A DNA stretch of 64,000 nt. It comes from Lingula anatina. Taxonomy: Eukaryota > Animalia > Brachiopoda. Position 1 is the first letter of the stretch, and every line of letters begins with the position of its first letter. Made by a program: the position numbers and the translations under genes. The notes under the pieces are model-generated. The model had not been told where the DNA came from, ran no database searches, and saw only the letters and a list, made by a program, of their open reading frames with translations. Positions 27,077 to 41,413 of this stretch are shown here, piece by piece. The stretch is from positions 2,426,954 through 2,490,953 of the forward strand of contig CM120644.1 in NCBI GenBank assembly GCA_051362555.1. The letters are read 5' to 3'.

Positions 27077-27954
27077 TCAATTTCGGGAGCCTAATATCAG
27101 TTCATCGGGATTGGACTTTTGATCAAAAAATGCATGATGGAATTCGTTTGTAAATTCTTCACCTTCAAGAATACCATTCTCATCATGGTCAACCACTTTA
27201 AATATGTCTTGAACAGGGGCCGTGTTGCGGATTACAAACAGGAAGTTGGAATACTCATCTACAGTCAGTTTGTCATCACAGTCGAGGTCAAATGTGTGAA
27301 ACCAATCCCAGGAGTCCCGGAACACCTGTTCGCTTGAATCACCGAGCTCCTTCTCAATAGCCGGAAGCCATTCTTCGAATGTTATTGATGTCTTAAAGTT
27401 GGTATTTTCGTTAGACCACCAATATAGATACAGTTCGGACATAATACCATATACTGCTTTAGCTCGCCAGGATTCCAAGACTTTTCCAGCTCGCTTTGCT
27501 GTTGCATCAATGAATTCCTCTTTAGTGACTACACCGTCTCCGTTGGGGTCAGTGATGCTAAAAACTGACTTTAATTTAGCAATCCGGTGCTTAGTAAAAT
27601 GTGCCTTAAATTCCTACGGGATATAAAAGGGTACACCCAAAGACGAAAATAGGAATTTACACACTGTGAATACGGGACAATTGATAAAATTCTAAAAAAA
27701 AAAGAATTACCATATTCTTAAATCCTTCACGTTAATATCAAGGCAGTTTTATTTATGGTGCGAGTAAATTGCTTTCCAAGCTCGCATATTGCAGTTTATT
27801 ATGCATATAAATTATGTAATGTGATTATTATTATAGACCATTTTTCTGTGTTAATAGCAGGACATCTGTGTAGGCCTACCTTTACACCATTTGTATACAC
27901 AATGCTTTCAACCACCACCAACAGCAGCATGACTCTGTGTTTCATGACTGACAT
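27077..27954 (-). CDS. Putative secreted SCP/aequorin-family EF-hand protein, copy 1 (203 aa)
   Basis: Leader exon 27954-27880 (MSVMKHRVMLLLVVVESIVYTNGVK, donor AAG|GTAGGC) plus exon 27613-27077 (537 nt, phase 0). EF loops DPNGDGVVTKEE, DLDCDDKLTVDE, DHDENGILEGEE; degenerate EF2. Confidence 0.9.
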
Positions 27955-28510
27955 GTCTATGATTTTTACCCTGGCCAGGTTTCTGAAAACAAAAAACGCA
28001 TATCAGTACAATTCCTATGTCTAGGAGGTGTCACACGCCCCTCCCCCTCATTATAACCACTGCATCATCTTTTAAATCGGCTTTACCAAATTTTTGTCCC
28101 CATCAGACTCGATCACCAAAGTACACACATTGGACAAAAGAAGTGTCGACCCTACTGAACCAATACTTTGGGGGACATAAATGGATGTGGAATGATAAGC
28201 TCCTGGTATCATTTTATTAACATAAAATTTCACAAAAATACCAACAATACAATTCCATGGTACAGCGGTTTTATACTCATTAGTCACGTTATAAGTAGAA
28301 CAGGCATTATAACTCTGATTACTCTGATTCAGGGGGTGACACTTCTATCGTCCTGTGGTGTGTATCATACGTAGGCACCGTTATCAACTACATCTGTCTA
28401 GACTAGATCAACTAGATCTTGACTGTGGATACGGATAATGTAAACAAATAATAGTAACTACATGTATTTGACTACCGACCCCGTTATGTAGCATTGCATA
28501 TATGACTTAC

Positions 28511-28606
28511 CAGCTGGTTTTCCTACTGTTCTCTTAGAACCGTGTCTTGTCGAATCCGTTGTTTCGCAGAACTGCTGTTTTGTTGTAGGTACAATGGTGT
28601 TTTATA
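28511..28606 (-). promoter_or_regulatory. TATA box and non-coding exon 1 (type A) of EF-hand copy 1
   Basis: TATAAAA at 28600-28606, exon ending CTG|GTAAGT at 28511; same module at 32852-32947, 39747-39842, 44173-44270 and 48416-48508. Confidence 0.7.
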
Positions 28607-28920
28607 GCAGACGATGATCCCATATTTAATTTTAAGTCCTATGCGTCCAGTTTTTCTAGGTGAAAAGTGTCATATAATGTAAACACCGAACAACATTTTC
28701 ATGCCGGTTGTCAAGTGAAAAAAAATTATATGGTAGTGCTTTTAGCAGTATTTGTTCGCTAATATTTCTTGTTTGCACAGTTTTCATCTTCTGGACATCT
28801 ACATTTCTCGTGAAATTTGACTTGAGGTTATATTATTATTATCATTATTCCCCTGTATGACCGTGACCTTCGTCCCCGATAATCGTAGTAAACTCCAATC
28901 CAGTAATAAATCCTTATAAA

Positions 28921-30250
28921 TTATGCAATCCAGAGCTTAGTAAAATGTGTCTTGGAGTCTTATGAAATATAAATCCATAGAGGTGCACTGATTTTAAATT
29001 ATAACTGTTGCTCTAAAAGATTGGTCTAAACTCTTGTTAAATTGGTATTTATTATCCACATTAACAGTGCAAGGTAGCCCTTCACATAGCAAAAATATTC
29101 CAATTTATTTGAAATAAAAGCCCTAAAATCATGTTTATCCCTTTCACGTATGAATGTCATTTTGTGTCAGTTTCCTATATTTTTCAAGGGAAAAAAGTCA
29201 TTTTGGATTTACAACACTGATAGTACACTTTGGTCTATTGGACAGGTTTGGAACCATTGAGACGAAAAATAGAAAGTACCACAACGAAAATTCGGTACAA
29301 TTGAAAAAATTCCTAAAAAATTTTTTACCATGAGATATGTCTTAAATCCTACATGTTTATATCAAATACGGTTTCACTTATGGTACGAGTAAATTGATTT
29401 TCAAGCTAGCACGCTGCAGTCAGTGATGTATTTAAATCATGAAATGTGATTTTATATGGTCTTATCTTTTAGCTCCTGACAATGGCTTTTAGACAAGGGC
29501 AGCTGCAGGACACCTGTGTGGACCTACCTTTACACAATGCTTTCAACCACCACCAACAGCAGCATGACTCTGTGCTTCATGACTGACATGTTTATGATTT
29601 TTACCCTGGCCAGCTTTCTGAAAAAAAATTGCAAAGTTGTTGGTGGTGCAAAGTTTTTTCATTTGATGTAAACACAGAGCTACTTACTCACGCGGGTTGT
29701 CAAGTGAAAATAGAGAAAACAAATTACACGCTAATGCTTCTAGCAGTGTTTGTTCGCTGATATTTCTTTTCTTGGCAGCACACTTTCAAAGCCACATTTC
29801 AGTATTTTTCGTTCAGTATCCTCTGTATAAGAGAACGCACCCCACGCGCATACAATTAGGCATGCTTTAAAAAATATTCTGTCTTAACTTATGTGTGGTA
29901 CATTTAGAACAACCCAATTGCCTGACAATTCAAAGAGCCGAAACTCCCTCCTATGTCTACTGCATGATCAAAAATATGCCCCTTTCATGAAAGGACATAA
30001 TATTTAAAATATTAGTGGTATAAAGACATTTCAGTGGTTACCGAAGCCAGGTCAAATCAGATTCATTTAATTTACCCTCACTAATCACACGTATACAGAC
30101 TTTACCAAGGTATGTTTTGAGCACATTCAAGCTGCAAAACGCACTACCCGTACCTTACCGTTTGGTTTTTCAACTCTTCTAATACGGCGGTGTTTTTTCT
30201 GATATATCAAGCCTAAAGGGAATATTGTCTGTTAAAGACCCAATAATGCA
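28921..30250 (-). pseudogene. EF-hand gene remnant: type-B exon 1, leader exon with 13-nt deletion, truncated EF-exon stub
   Basis: Donor at ~30157; 29589-29528 reads MSVMKHRVMLLLVVVESIV*; stub DSKTHFTKLWIA* at 28959-28921. Confidence 0.75.
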
Positions 30251-31413
30251 TTCAGTGTGATAACTGCTATCCCGTATTTGAATATGCATCCCCTTTCAAT
30301 TTCACAATTACAAGTTGAACATTTCTTTATTTCCAAATGTAAGCATGGAACATAATTGCCATGTGGGCTGCCAGGACAAAAAAGATGCATTATACATTCT
30401 AAAATAAATGTACAGATGTAACTGCAGACTGGAATACACGACTGAGTAGCATTTTATCGACAGAATGGCAATATACCTATTCCACCTAATACCATGTATC
30501 TTATGTTACTCCAATACCAAAGCAGCATTACCCCTACGGCAATCCGTGAAATGTTACAACAAAAAGTCATACACAAATGATATTTTTTCATATTCTGGAA
30601 GATTGTTCAACTGACCAATTATAGACAGAATCAAAGTCACATATTTGTTTTGGAGAACGCAACTTTTTAATAGTGATTTCTACCTAATGTCGTATATCGT
30701 CTGTAGCTCTCACACCAAAAAAGCGTTACACCTACTGCAATGTTACAGACAAAAGTTATAAATAAATGATATTTATTCATATTCTGGAAGAATGTTCGAC
30801 TGACCATTAATAAAGAGGATCAAAGTTAGTATTGGAGAACGCAGTCTATGCGTTTCGATCTTGCCATGGTACCAAAATGGAGTACAATTAATTTTTTGGA
30901 TAAACTCAAACTTCTGACAATCCTGAGGGTCAAAACTCCCTTCTGTGTTTGCTGTATGGTCAAATGTTTATCCCTTTCAGGTATGAATGTCATTTTGAGT
31001 CACTTTTTTTTCTATATTTTGCAAGGGGAACACGTCCTTTTTTATTAACGACATTGATCGTGCACCTTGGTCTATCGGAAAAGTTTGGAAATTGAACACA
31101 GGTATGAATACACATGTACTATATTTTATTTTGCTCTACTGAATATGTTTTTCTACAATCGGAAGTGAAAAGAAAAAGAGGAACATTCATCCTAGATTAA
31201 TCTGACAATAAACCGAAACCAAAAGCCCCACTTAAGAACCTACATGTATGTATCAAGTGTAACATAACAATATTGTTATTGAATGTTATAAACATAGTGT
31301 AGAAATACACAGAGATACCAGTAGTGATAGGTTTGAAAAATGAAAAAAGATATGAACTAGCTTAAAGGGAAAAAGGCTATAACTGAAGTGCTTCTTCACT
31401 TCAGCTTACTTTG

Positions 31414-32295
31414 TCAATTTCGGGAGCCTAATATCATTTCATCGGGATTGGACTTTTGGTCAAAAAATGCATGATGGAATGCGTTTGTGAATTCTTCACC
31501 ATCTAGGATACCATTCTCATCATGGTCAATGACTCTAAATATGTCTTGAACAGGGGCCTTGTTGCGGATTACAAAAAGGAACTTGGAATACTCATCTACT
31601 GTCAGCTTGTCATCGCAGTCGAGGTCAAATGTGTGAAACCAATCCCAGGAGTCACGGAACACCTGTTCGCTTGAATTACCGAGCTCCTTCTCGAAAGCTG
31701 GGAGCAACTCTTCGAATGTCATGGATGTCTTAAAGTTGGTATTTTTGTTAGACCACCAATATAGATACAGTTCGGACATAATACCATATATGGCCTTAGC
31801 TCGCCAGGATTCCAAGACTTTTCCAGCTCGCTTTGCTGTTGCATCGATGTATTCCTTTTTAGTGACTACACAGTCTCCGTTGGGGTCAGTGATGCTAAAA
31901 ACTGACTTTAATTTAGCAATCCGGTGTTTAGTAAAATGTGCCTTAAAGTCCTACGGGATATAAAAGGGTACACCCAAAGACGAAAATAGGAATTTACACA
32001 CTGTGAATACGGGACAATTGATAAAATTCTAAAAAAAAAAAAAAGAATTACCATATTCTTAAATCCTTCACGTTAATATCAAGGCAGTTTTATTTATGGT
32101 GCGAGTAAATTGCTTTCCAAGCTCGCATATTGCAGTTTATTATGCATATAAATTATGTAATGTGATTATTATTATAGACCATTTTTCTGTGTTAACAGCA
32201 TGACATCTGTGTAGGCCTACCTTTACACCATTTGTATACACAATGCTTTCAACCACCACCAACAGCAGCATGACTCTGTGTTTCATGACTGACAT
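31414..32295 (-). CDS. Putative secreted SCP/aequorin-family EF-hand protein, copy 2 (203 aa, chimera of copies 1 and 3)
   Basis: Leader exon 32295-32221 plus exon 31950-31414 (537 nt); EF1 DPNGDCVVTKKE (Gly6 to Cys). Confidence 0.9.
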
Positions 32296-33265
32296 GTCTA
32301 TGATTTTTACCAGGCCAGGTTTCTGAAAACCAAAAAACGCATATCAGTACAATTCCTATGTCTAGGAGGTGTCACACGCCCCTCCCCCTCATTATAACCA
32401 CTGCATCATCTTTTAAATCGGCTTTACCAAATTTTTGTCCCCATCAGACTCTATCACCAAAGTACACACATTGGACAAAAGAAGTGTCGACCCTACTGAA
32501 CCAATACTTTGGGGGACATAAATGGATGTGGAATGATAAGCTCCTGGTATCATTTTATTAACATAAAATTTCACAAAAATACCAACAATACAATTCCATG
32601 GTACAGCGGTTTTATACTCATTAGTCACGTTATAAGTAGAACAGGCATTATAACTTTGATTTCTCTGATTCAGGGGGTGACACTTCTATTGCCCTGTGGT
32701 GTGTACCATACGTAGGCACCGTTATCAACTACATCTGTCTAGACTAGATCAACTAGATCTTGACTGTGGATACGGATAATGTAAACAAATAATAGTAACT
32801 ACATGTATTTGACTACCGACCCCGTTATGTAGCATTGCATATATGACTTACCAGGTGGTTTTCCTACTGTTCTCTTAGAACCGTGTCTTGTCGAATCCGT
32901 TGTTTCGCAGAACTGCTGTTTTGTTGTAGGTACAATGGTGTTTTATAGCAGACGATGATCCCATATTTAATTTTAAGTCCTATGCGTCCAGTTTTTCTAG
33001 GTGAAAAAGTTTTGTCATATAATGTAAACACCGAACAACATTTTCATGCCGGTTGTCAAGTGAAAAAAAATTATATGGTAGTGCTTTTAGCAGTATTTGT
33101 TCGCTAATATTTCTTGTTTGCACAGTTTTCATCTTCTGGACATCTACATTTCTCGTGAAATTTGACCTGAGGTTATATTATTATTATTATTATTCCCCTG
33201 TATGACCGTGACCTTCGTCCCTGATAATCGTAGTAAACTCCAATCCAGTAATAAATCCTTATAAA

Positions 33266-34590
33266 TTATGCAATCCAGAGCTTAGTAAAATGTGTCTTAG
33301 AGTCCTATGAAATAAAAATCCATAGAGGTGCACTGATTTCAAATTATAACTGTTGCTTTAAAAGATTGGTCTAAACTCTTGTTAAATTGGTATTTATTAT
33401 CCACATTAACAGTGCAAGGTAGCCCTTCACATAGCAAAAATATTCCAATTTATTTGAAATAAAAGCCCTAAAATCATGTTTATCCCTTTCACGTATGAAT
33501 GTCATTTTGTGTCAGTTTCCTATATTTTTCAAGGGAAAAAAGTCATTTTTGATTTACAACATTGATAGTACACTTTGGTCTATTGGACAGGTTTGGAACC
33601 ATTGAGACGAAAAATAGAAAGTACCACAACGAAAATTCGGTACAATTGAAAAAATTCCTAAAAATTTTTTTACCATGAGATATGTCTTAAATCCTACATG
33701 TTTATATCAAATACGGTTTCACTTATGGTACGAGTAAATTGATTTTCAAGCTAGCACGCTGCAGTCAGTGATGTATTTAAATCATGAAATGTGATTTTTT
33801 ATGGTCTTATCTTTTAGCTCCTGACAATGGCTTTTAGACAAGGGCAGCTGCAGGACACCTGTGTGGACCTACCTTTACACAATGCTTTCAACCACCACCA
33901 ACAGCAGCATGACTCTGTGCTTCATGACTGACATGTTTATGATTTTTACCCTGGCCAGCTTTCTGAAAAAAAATTGCAAAGTTGTTGGTGGTGCAAAGTT
34001 TTTTCATTTGATGTAAACACAGAGCTACTTACTCACGCGGGTTGTCAAGTGAAAATAGAGAAAACAAATTACACGCTAATGCTTCTAGCAGTGTTTGTTC
34101 GCTGATATTTCTTTTCTTGGCAGCACACTGTCAAAGCCACATTTCAGTATTTTTCGTTCAGTATCCTCTGTATAAGAGAACGCACCCCACGCGCATACAA
34201 TTAGGCATGCTTTAAAAAATATTCTGTCTTAACTTATGTGTGGTACATTTAGAACAACCCAATTGCCTGACAATTCAAAGAGCCGAAACTCCCTCCTATG
34301 TCTACTGCATGATCAAAAATATGCCCCTTTCATGAAAGGACAAATATTTAAAATATTAGTGGTATAAAGACATTTCAGTGGTTACCGTAGCCAGGTCAAA
34401 TCAGATTCATTTAATTTACCCTCACTAATCACACGTATACAGACTTTACCAAGGTATGTTTTGAGCACATTCAAGCTGCAAAACGCACTACCCGTACCTT
34501 ACCGTTTGGTTTTTCAACTCTTCTAATACGGCGGTGTTTTTTCTGATATATCAAGCCTAAAGGGAATATTGTCTGTTAAAGACCCAATAA
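33266..34590 (-). pseudogene. EF-hand gene remnant (duplicate of 28921-30250)
   Basis: Leader remnant 33934-33873 with TAA; stub 33304-33266 DSKTHFTKLWIA*; type-B exon-1 donor at ~34501. Confidence 0.75.
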
Positions 34591-35750
34591 TGCATTCAGT
34601 GTGATAACTGCTATCCCGTATTTGAATATGCATCCCCTTTCAATTTCACAATTACAAGTTGAACATTTCTTTATTTCCAAATGTAAGCATGGAACATAAT
34701 TGCCATGTGGGCTGCCAGGACAAAAAAGATGCATTATACATTCTAAAATAAATGTACAGATGTAACTGCAGACTGGAATACACGACTGAGTAGCATTTTA
34801 TCGACAGAATGGCAATATACCTATTCCACCTAATACCATGTATCTTATGTTACTCCAATACCAAAGCAGCATTACCCCTACGGCAATCCGTGAAATGTTA
34901 CAACAAAAAGTCATACACAAATGATATTTTTTCATATTCTGGAAGATTGTTCAACTGACCAATTATAGACAGAATCAAAGTCACATATTTGTTTTGGAGA
35001 ACGCAACTTTTTAATAGTGATTTCTACCTAATGTCGTATATCGTCTGTAGCTCTCACACCAAAAAAGCGTTACACCTACTGCAATGTTACAGACAAAAGT
35101 TATAAATAAATGATATTTATTCATATTCTGGAAGAATGTTCGACTGACCATTAATAAAGAGGATCAAAGTTAGTATTGGAGAACGCAGTCTATGCGTTTC
35201 GATCTTGCCATGGTACCAAAATGGAGTACAATTAATTTTTTGGATAAACTCAAACTTCTGACAATCCTGAGAGTCAAAAGTCCCTTCTGTGTTTGCTGTA
35301 TGGTAAAACTTTTATCTCTTTCACGTATGAACATCATTTTGAGTCACTTCTATCTATATTTTGCAAGGGGAAAACGTCCTTTTTTATTTACGACATTGAT
35401 CATACACCTTGGTCTATCAGAAAAGTTTGGAAATTGAACACAGGTATGAATACAAATGTACTATATTTTATTTTGCTCTACTGAATATGTTTTTCTACAA
35501 TCGGAAGTGAAAAGAAAAAGAGGAACATTCATCCTAGATTAATCTGACAATAAACCGAAACCAAAAGCCCCACTTAAGAACCTATGTATCAAGTGTAACA
35601 TAACAATATTGTTATTGAATGTTATAAATATATAGTGTAGAAATACACAGAGATACCAGTAGTGACAGGTTTGAAAAATGAAAAAGATATGAACTAGCTT
35701 ATAGGGAAAAAGGCTATAACTGAAGTGCTTCTTCACTTCAGCTTACTTTG

Positions 35751-36660
35751 TCAATTTCGGGAGCCTAATATCATTTCATCGGGATTGGACTTTTGGTCAA
35801 AAAATGCATGATGGAATGCGTTTGTGAATTCTTCACCATCTAGGATACCATTCTCATCATGGTCAATGACTTTAAATATGTCTTGAACAGGGGCCTTGTT
35901 GCGGATTACAAAAAGGAACTTGGAATACTCATCTACTGTCAGCTTGTCATTGCAGTCGAGGTCAAATGTGTGAAACCAATCCCAGGAGTCACGGAACACC
36001 TGTTCGCTTGAATTACCGAGCTCCTTCTCGAAAGCTGGGAGCAATTCTTCGAATGTCATGGATGTCTTATAATTGGTATTTTTGTTAGACCACCAATATA
36101 GATACAGTTCGGACATAATACCATATATGGCCTTAGCTCGCCAGGATTCCAAGACTTTTCCAGCTCGCTTTGCTGTTGCATCGATGTATTCCTTTTTAGT
36201 GACTACGCCATCTCCATTGGGGTCAGTGATGTTGAAGAATGACTTAAACTTAGCAATCCAATGCTTGGTAAAATATCCCTTGGAGTCCTGCGGGAAATAA
36301 GAAGGTGTATTCAAATGCGATAAATAGAAAGATACACACTGAGAATTTAAAAAAAAATCTTTAAAAAACTGTCATAATTTAAGTCCTACTTCCTGTAAGT
36401 TAATATGAAACACACTTTCACTTATGGTACGTGTAAATCTATCTCTAAGCTCACATGCCTCAGTCTGTGATGCATGTAAATAATGTAATGTGACTTTGTT
36501 TTTATAGACCATATCCCTATGATCTTTAAGCTTCTGGCAAGGCTTTCAGACAAAGGTTATTAGCAGGACACCTGTGTGGACCTACCTTTACACTATAGGT
36601 AGAGACTATGCTCTCAACCACCAACAACAGCAGCATGACTCTGTGCTTCATGACTGACAT
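35751..36660 (-). CDS. Putative secreted SCP/aequorin-family EF-hand protein, copy 3 (203 aa)
   Basis: Leader exon 36660-36586 (MSVMKHRVMLLLLVVESIVSTYSVK) plus exon 36287-35751 (DSKGYFTKHWIAKFKSFFNITDPNGDGVVTKKE...); type-B exon-1 donor at ~36925. Confidence 0.9.
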
Positions 36661-38188
36661 GTCTATGATTTTTACCCTGGCGAGGTCTCTGAAAAAAGTT
36701 ATCTATATCAGTATTATTCGTATGTCTACTGCATGTTCAAAAATATATCCCTTTCATGAAGGGACATAATATTAGAGGTACATGTATAAAGACATTTCAG
36801 TGGTAACCGTAGCCAGGTCAGATCAGATTCATTCAATTTACCCTCACTAATCACGCGTATCCATATAATTTGCCAAGGTGTGTTTTAAGCACATTCAGAC
36901 TGCGAGACGCACTACACGTACCTTACCGCTTGGTTTTCCAACTCTTCTAATAAGGCAGTGTTTTGTCTGATAAATTTATAAAAATAATTAAGACCCAATA
37001 ATGTATTATTGCCTTCAATGTGATAACAGCTATTCCGCATTTAAAAATACGATACCCCCTTTTAATTTCACAATTGCAAGTTGAACTTTTCTTTATTTTC
37101 AAATGTAAGCGTGGAACTTAATTGCAATGTGGGCTGCCAGGACAAAAACGATGCTATTAAGTTATTGTGGCTTTTTTAAATTCTAGAATAAATGAAAAGA
37201 TTTGACTGCAGACTGGAATACACGTTTGTTTAGTGAGTAGCATTTTGTCGACAGAATGGCATATCAAGGATAAAACATATCTATTCCACATAATACCATA
37301 TATCTTGTGTTACTCCTATACAAAAGTAGCATTACCCCTATAGCAATCCGCGAAATGTTACAAGAAAAAGTCATAAACAATGAGATTTATTTATATTCTG
37401 GATTGTACAACTGACCAATTACAGAGAGAATAAAAGTGAAATATTTGTTTTGGAGAACGCAACTTTTTGATAGTGATTTCTACCTAATGCCATATATCAT
37501 ATGTAGCTCTCACACCAAAAAAGTGTTACACCTACTGCAATCTGCAAAATGTTACAAACAAAAGTCATAAATGAATGATATTTATTCATATTCTGGAAAA
37601 TTGTTCGACTGACCATTAATAAAGAAGATCAAAGTCATATCTTAGTATTGGAGAACACATTCCACTCAATCCCTTCGATCTTGCCATGGAACCAAAATGG
37701 CGTACAACTAATTTTTTGGATAAACTCAAACTCCTGACAATCCTGAGGGTCAAAACTCCCTTCTGTGTTTGCTGTATGGTAAAACGTTTATCCCTTTCCC
37801 GTATGTATATCATTTTGAGTCACTTTTTCTATATTTTGCATGGGGAACACGTCTTTTTTTAACGACATTGATAGTACACCTTGGTCCATCGGAAAATTTG
37901 GAAACTGAACATAACTATGAATAGTATTTTTGCTCTACTGAATATGTTCTTCTACAATTGTAAGTGAAAAGAAAAAAAGGAGCATTCATCCTAGATTAAT
38001 ATGACAATCAACCGAAACCAAAACATCCACTTAACAGCCTATGTCTCAAGTGTGACATAACAATATTGTTATTGAATGTTATAAATATAGTGTAGAGATA
38101 CACAGAGATACCAGTAGTGACAAGTTTGATAAATGAAAGAGATATGGACTAGCTTTAATGAAATGCTTCTTCACTTCAGTTTACATCG

Positions 38189-39433
38189 TTAATTTCGGGG
38201 GCCTAATACCATTTCACTGGGATTAGCCTTTTCATCAAAAAATGCATGATGGAATGCGCTTGTAAATTCTTCATCATCAAGGATATCATTTTCATCATGG
38301 TCAATACCTTTAAATACGTCTTGAACAGGGGTTTTGTTGCGCATTACAAAAAGAAAGTTGGAATATTCATCTAAAGTCAGTTTGTCATTGCAGTCGAGGT
38401 CAAATATGTGAAACCATTCCCAGGAGTCCCGGAAGAGCTCTTCGCGTGAATAACCAAGCTCCTTCTTAACAGCCGGAAGCCATTCCTCGAATGTTATAGA
38501 TGTCTTAAAGTTGGTATTTTCGTTAGAAAACCAATATAGATACAGTTTGGACATTTTACCATATACGGCTTTGGCTCGCCAGGATTCCAAGACCTTTCCA
38601 GCTCGCTCTGTTGTTGCATCGATGTATTCCTCTTTAGTGACTATGCCATCTCCATTGGGGTCAGTGATGTCAAAAATTGACTTTAATTTAGCAATTCGGT
38701 GCTTAGTAAAATGTGCCTTGGAGTCCTATGGGATATAAAAAGGTACATCCAAAGACGAAAATAGACATTTACACATTGCGAATTCGGGACAATTAATAAA
38801 ACTCTAAAGAAAAAATGCATTACCATATTTTTAAATCCTTCACATTAAAGGGATAATAACTCTTCGTATGAGATCTATATTTCACAATAAAAACCATTGT
38901 AAATAACTCATAGAAATATAATATATTCTGTTTTACGACAAAACAGCAGTTATAGCTATTATTCTGATATCTTAGTTTGTCTTCAGACCCCGTGACCTCC
39001 ATTGATGGCTATACTCTGTTATACTCTCTTAAGAGACTTTAACAAAAAAACAAACTTTTTAGAAAAAAACAAGGGACTAACTTTGAATGTAAAAATAGAT
39101 TCATTAACCATCGGTTAGTATGGGAATATTGTTGTTTACTCCAGGAAAATTTATTTTTTGGACAAAACGAAGAGTTCTTATCCCTTTAATATCAAAATTG
39201 GTGAGAGTATTTTAGTAAATTGATTTCCAAGCTTTCACACAGCAGTCTGTGATACATTTAAAATATGTAAAGTAATTCTGTTCTTATAGACCATTTTCTA
39301 TGCTCTTTAAGCTTCTGGTAACGGCTTTCAGACAAGGGTTAATAGCAGGACACCTGCGTGGACCTACCTTTACTTCATAGGCAGAGGCAATGCTTTCAAC
39401 CACCACCAACAGCAACATAACTCTGTGTTTCAT
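38189..39433 (-). CDS. Putative secreted SCP/aequorin-family EF-hand protein, copy 4 (200 aa)
   Basis: Leader exon 39433-39368 (MKHRVMLLLVVVESIASAYEVK) plus exon 38725-38189 (537 nt); EF4 DHDENDILDDEE (Gly6 to Asp). Confidence 0.88.
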
Positions 39434-40082
39434 GACGGACTATAAGTTTTACCCTGGCGAGATTTCTGAAAAAATATATGCATGTCAGTATAATTCCAAA
39501 GTCCCGCAGGTTCAACATGCCCCCTCCCCAAGCATAACCACTGCATTGCCTTTTAAATCGGCTTAACCAAATGCAAACCATTGCCCAATCAGACCCGATC
39601 ACTGCAATTCATTAATATGCATCGTTATCAACTACCCCCCTGTGGATCTGTATCTAGCCAGTGGATAGGGGTAATGGAAAATATTTTAATATTTTAAAAA
39701 CATTTGTCTACCGTACCAGTTCTGTGACATTGCATATATGACTTACCAGGTGTTTTTCCTACTGTTCTCTTAGAACCGTGTCTTGTCGGATCCGTTGTTT
39801 CGCAGAACTGCTGCTTTGTTGTAGACACAGTGTCACTTTATAGCAGACTTTGATCCCATATTTAATTATCAGTCCTCCATTACGTCAAGTTTTCTAGCTG
39901 TAACGCTTTGTCATATAATGTAAACACAGAACTACATTTTCATGCGGGCTGTCAAGATTGAAAAGACAAAATAAATTATATGCTAGCGTTTTTAGCAGTA
40001 TGTGTACACTGATACTCCTTGTTTTCACGGTTTTCGTCTTCTGGACATCTACACTACTCTTGAAATTTGTCTTCAGACTATC

Positions 40083-40905
40083 ATTAGGATTCCCCATAGG
40101 GGAAAACTATTGTTTTTGGTATTATTATTATAGTTATTCTTTCAGCGCGTTTTTTTTTTTTTTTTTTTTTTTTTCGCAAAAAATCTGAAATAATTGTCAA
40201 AAATAGCCTATGGTAAGAATATGCCATAGACCCAGTTTCAGTGACCTTGACCTACTTTTCAAGGTCACAGGAGCTTTTAAAGGCAAAATTTGTAAAATTT
40301 GAAATTGCCATTAGGCCTAAAGTATAAGCCATATGATACAGATAAAGACCCACTTTTATGCAAGTAGGTCAAGGTCAAGGCCGCTAATGGCCAAACTAGC
40401 TCAAAAAAGGTTTGTTTCCGAGATCTCAAAAACCGGAAGGCGCAGAGCCCCGATCATAGTGGCAAATGATGCCCTATATATATATGTCTAAGGTTAGCTT
40501 TACTTTGGTAGCGACTGCCTAATTATTTTTTTTAATTATAGATTTTTAAATATTTATGACATTGCAGAAATCTTGAGTTTGGCAATTTCTCCATGAAAGA
40601 CTGGTTTTTGGTCATAGGATGCTATAGTAAACTACCCCAAACATATACCCAAAACTGCCAAATCAAATGTCAAATTTGACCTTGACCCTCATTTTCAAGG
40701 TCATTTGGCTATTTAATGGAGAAATATTGACGTGGGCTTAAAGTGGTGTTTTGTTAACCCCCCCCCCCCCCCCCCCATTCGCACATGCTCTTTCAGAATA
40801 TGGGGTCAAATTTAACCCATGACCTTCATATGGCCTTGTAAGAGCATTTCCACACCCATTTTGCAGGGGAATCCTCCGCCACTGGCTTTAGCCAGTTGCA
40901 GTCTA

Positions 40906-40907
<2 letters not shown>
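40083..40907. mobile_element. HINE-like non-autonomous element; related fragment at ~43385-43630
   Basis: Subterminal inverted repeat aggattcccc (~40085) / ggggaatcct (~40866); hairpin ttcccc-ata-ggggaa; tgacctt motifs; ends ctagtt next to (ATT)n. Confidence 0.6.
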
Positions 40908-40949
<42 letters not shown>

Positions 40950-41413
40950 GAGCCACTTCCACTGTGTCTCTTGTTATGACTGCGACTTTCGTTTCCATTT
41001 ATCGTAGTAAACTCCAATCAAGTTATAAATCCTTAAAATATACCTAATTTATAGTTAATAAAAAAGTTATAAATTTAGGTATTCATATTTTTTCACAAAA
41101 AGTAAGGAAATGGCCGCCATTTTGGATTCGGTCGCTATCTTGAAAAAATGTAAAATGACTGAAAAATCAAAGAATGCCTAAGTACTTGTGATTCGTGTAA
41201 ATTTTAATAATATTTAGTCGTTAAGTAACTTTAAAATCAATTCTTGTATTTTCAGTTGACAAATCTATTTATTGGCGGCCATCTTTGATTTGCTTGTTTC
41301 CGGTAAAAACAGACACTTTTTCAAGCTGGAAACAAGCAGAAATGAATAATTCAGGTTATTAACTACAAGAATTAATCATAAAACCTTTGCCTAAAGGGGG
41401 ATGCAGTCAATTA

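Larger units (their letters stand above)
27525..36205. repeat. Recent ~4.34-kb tandem segmental duplication, two near-identical units
   Basis: 27525-31865 matches 31866-36205; offsets 4337-4345 at stop codons, leader exons and remnants. Confidence 0.95.
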
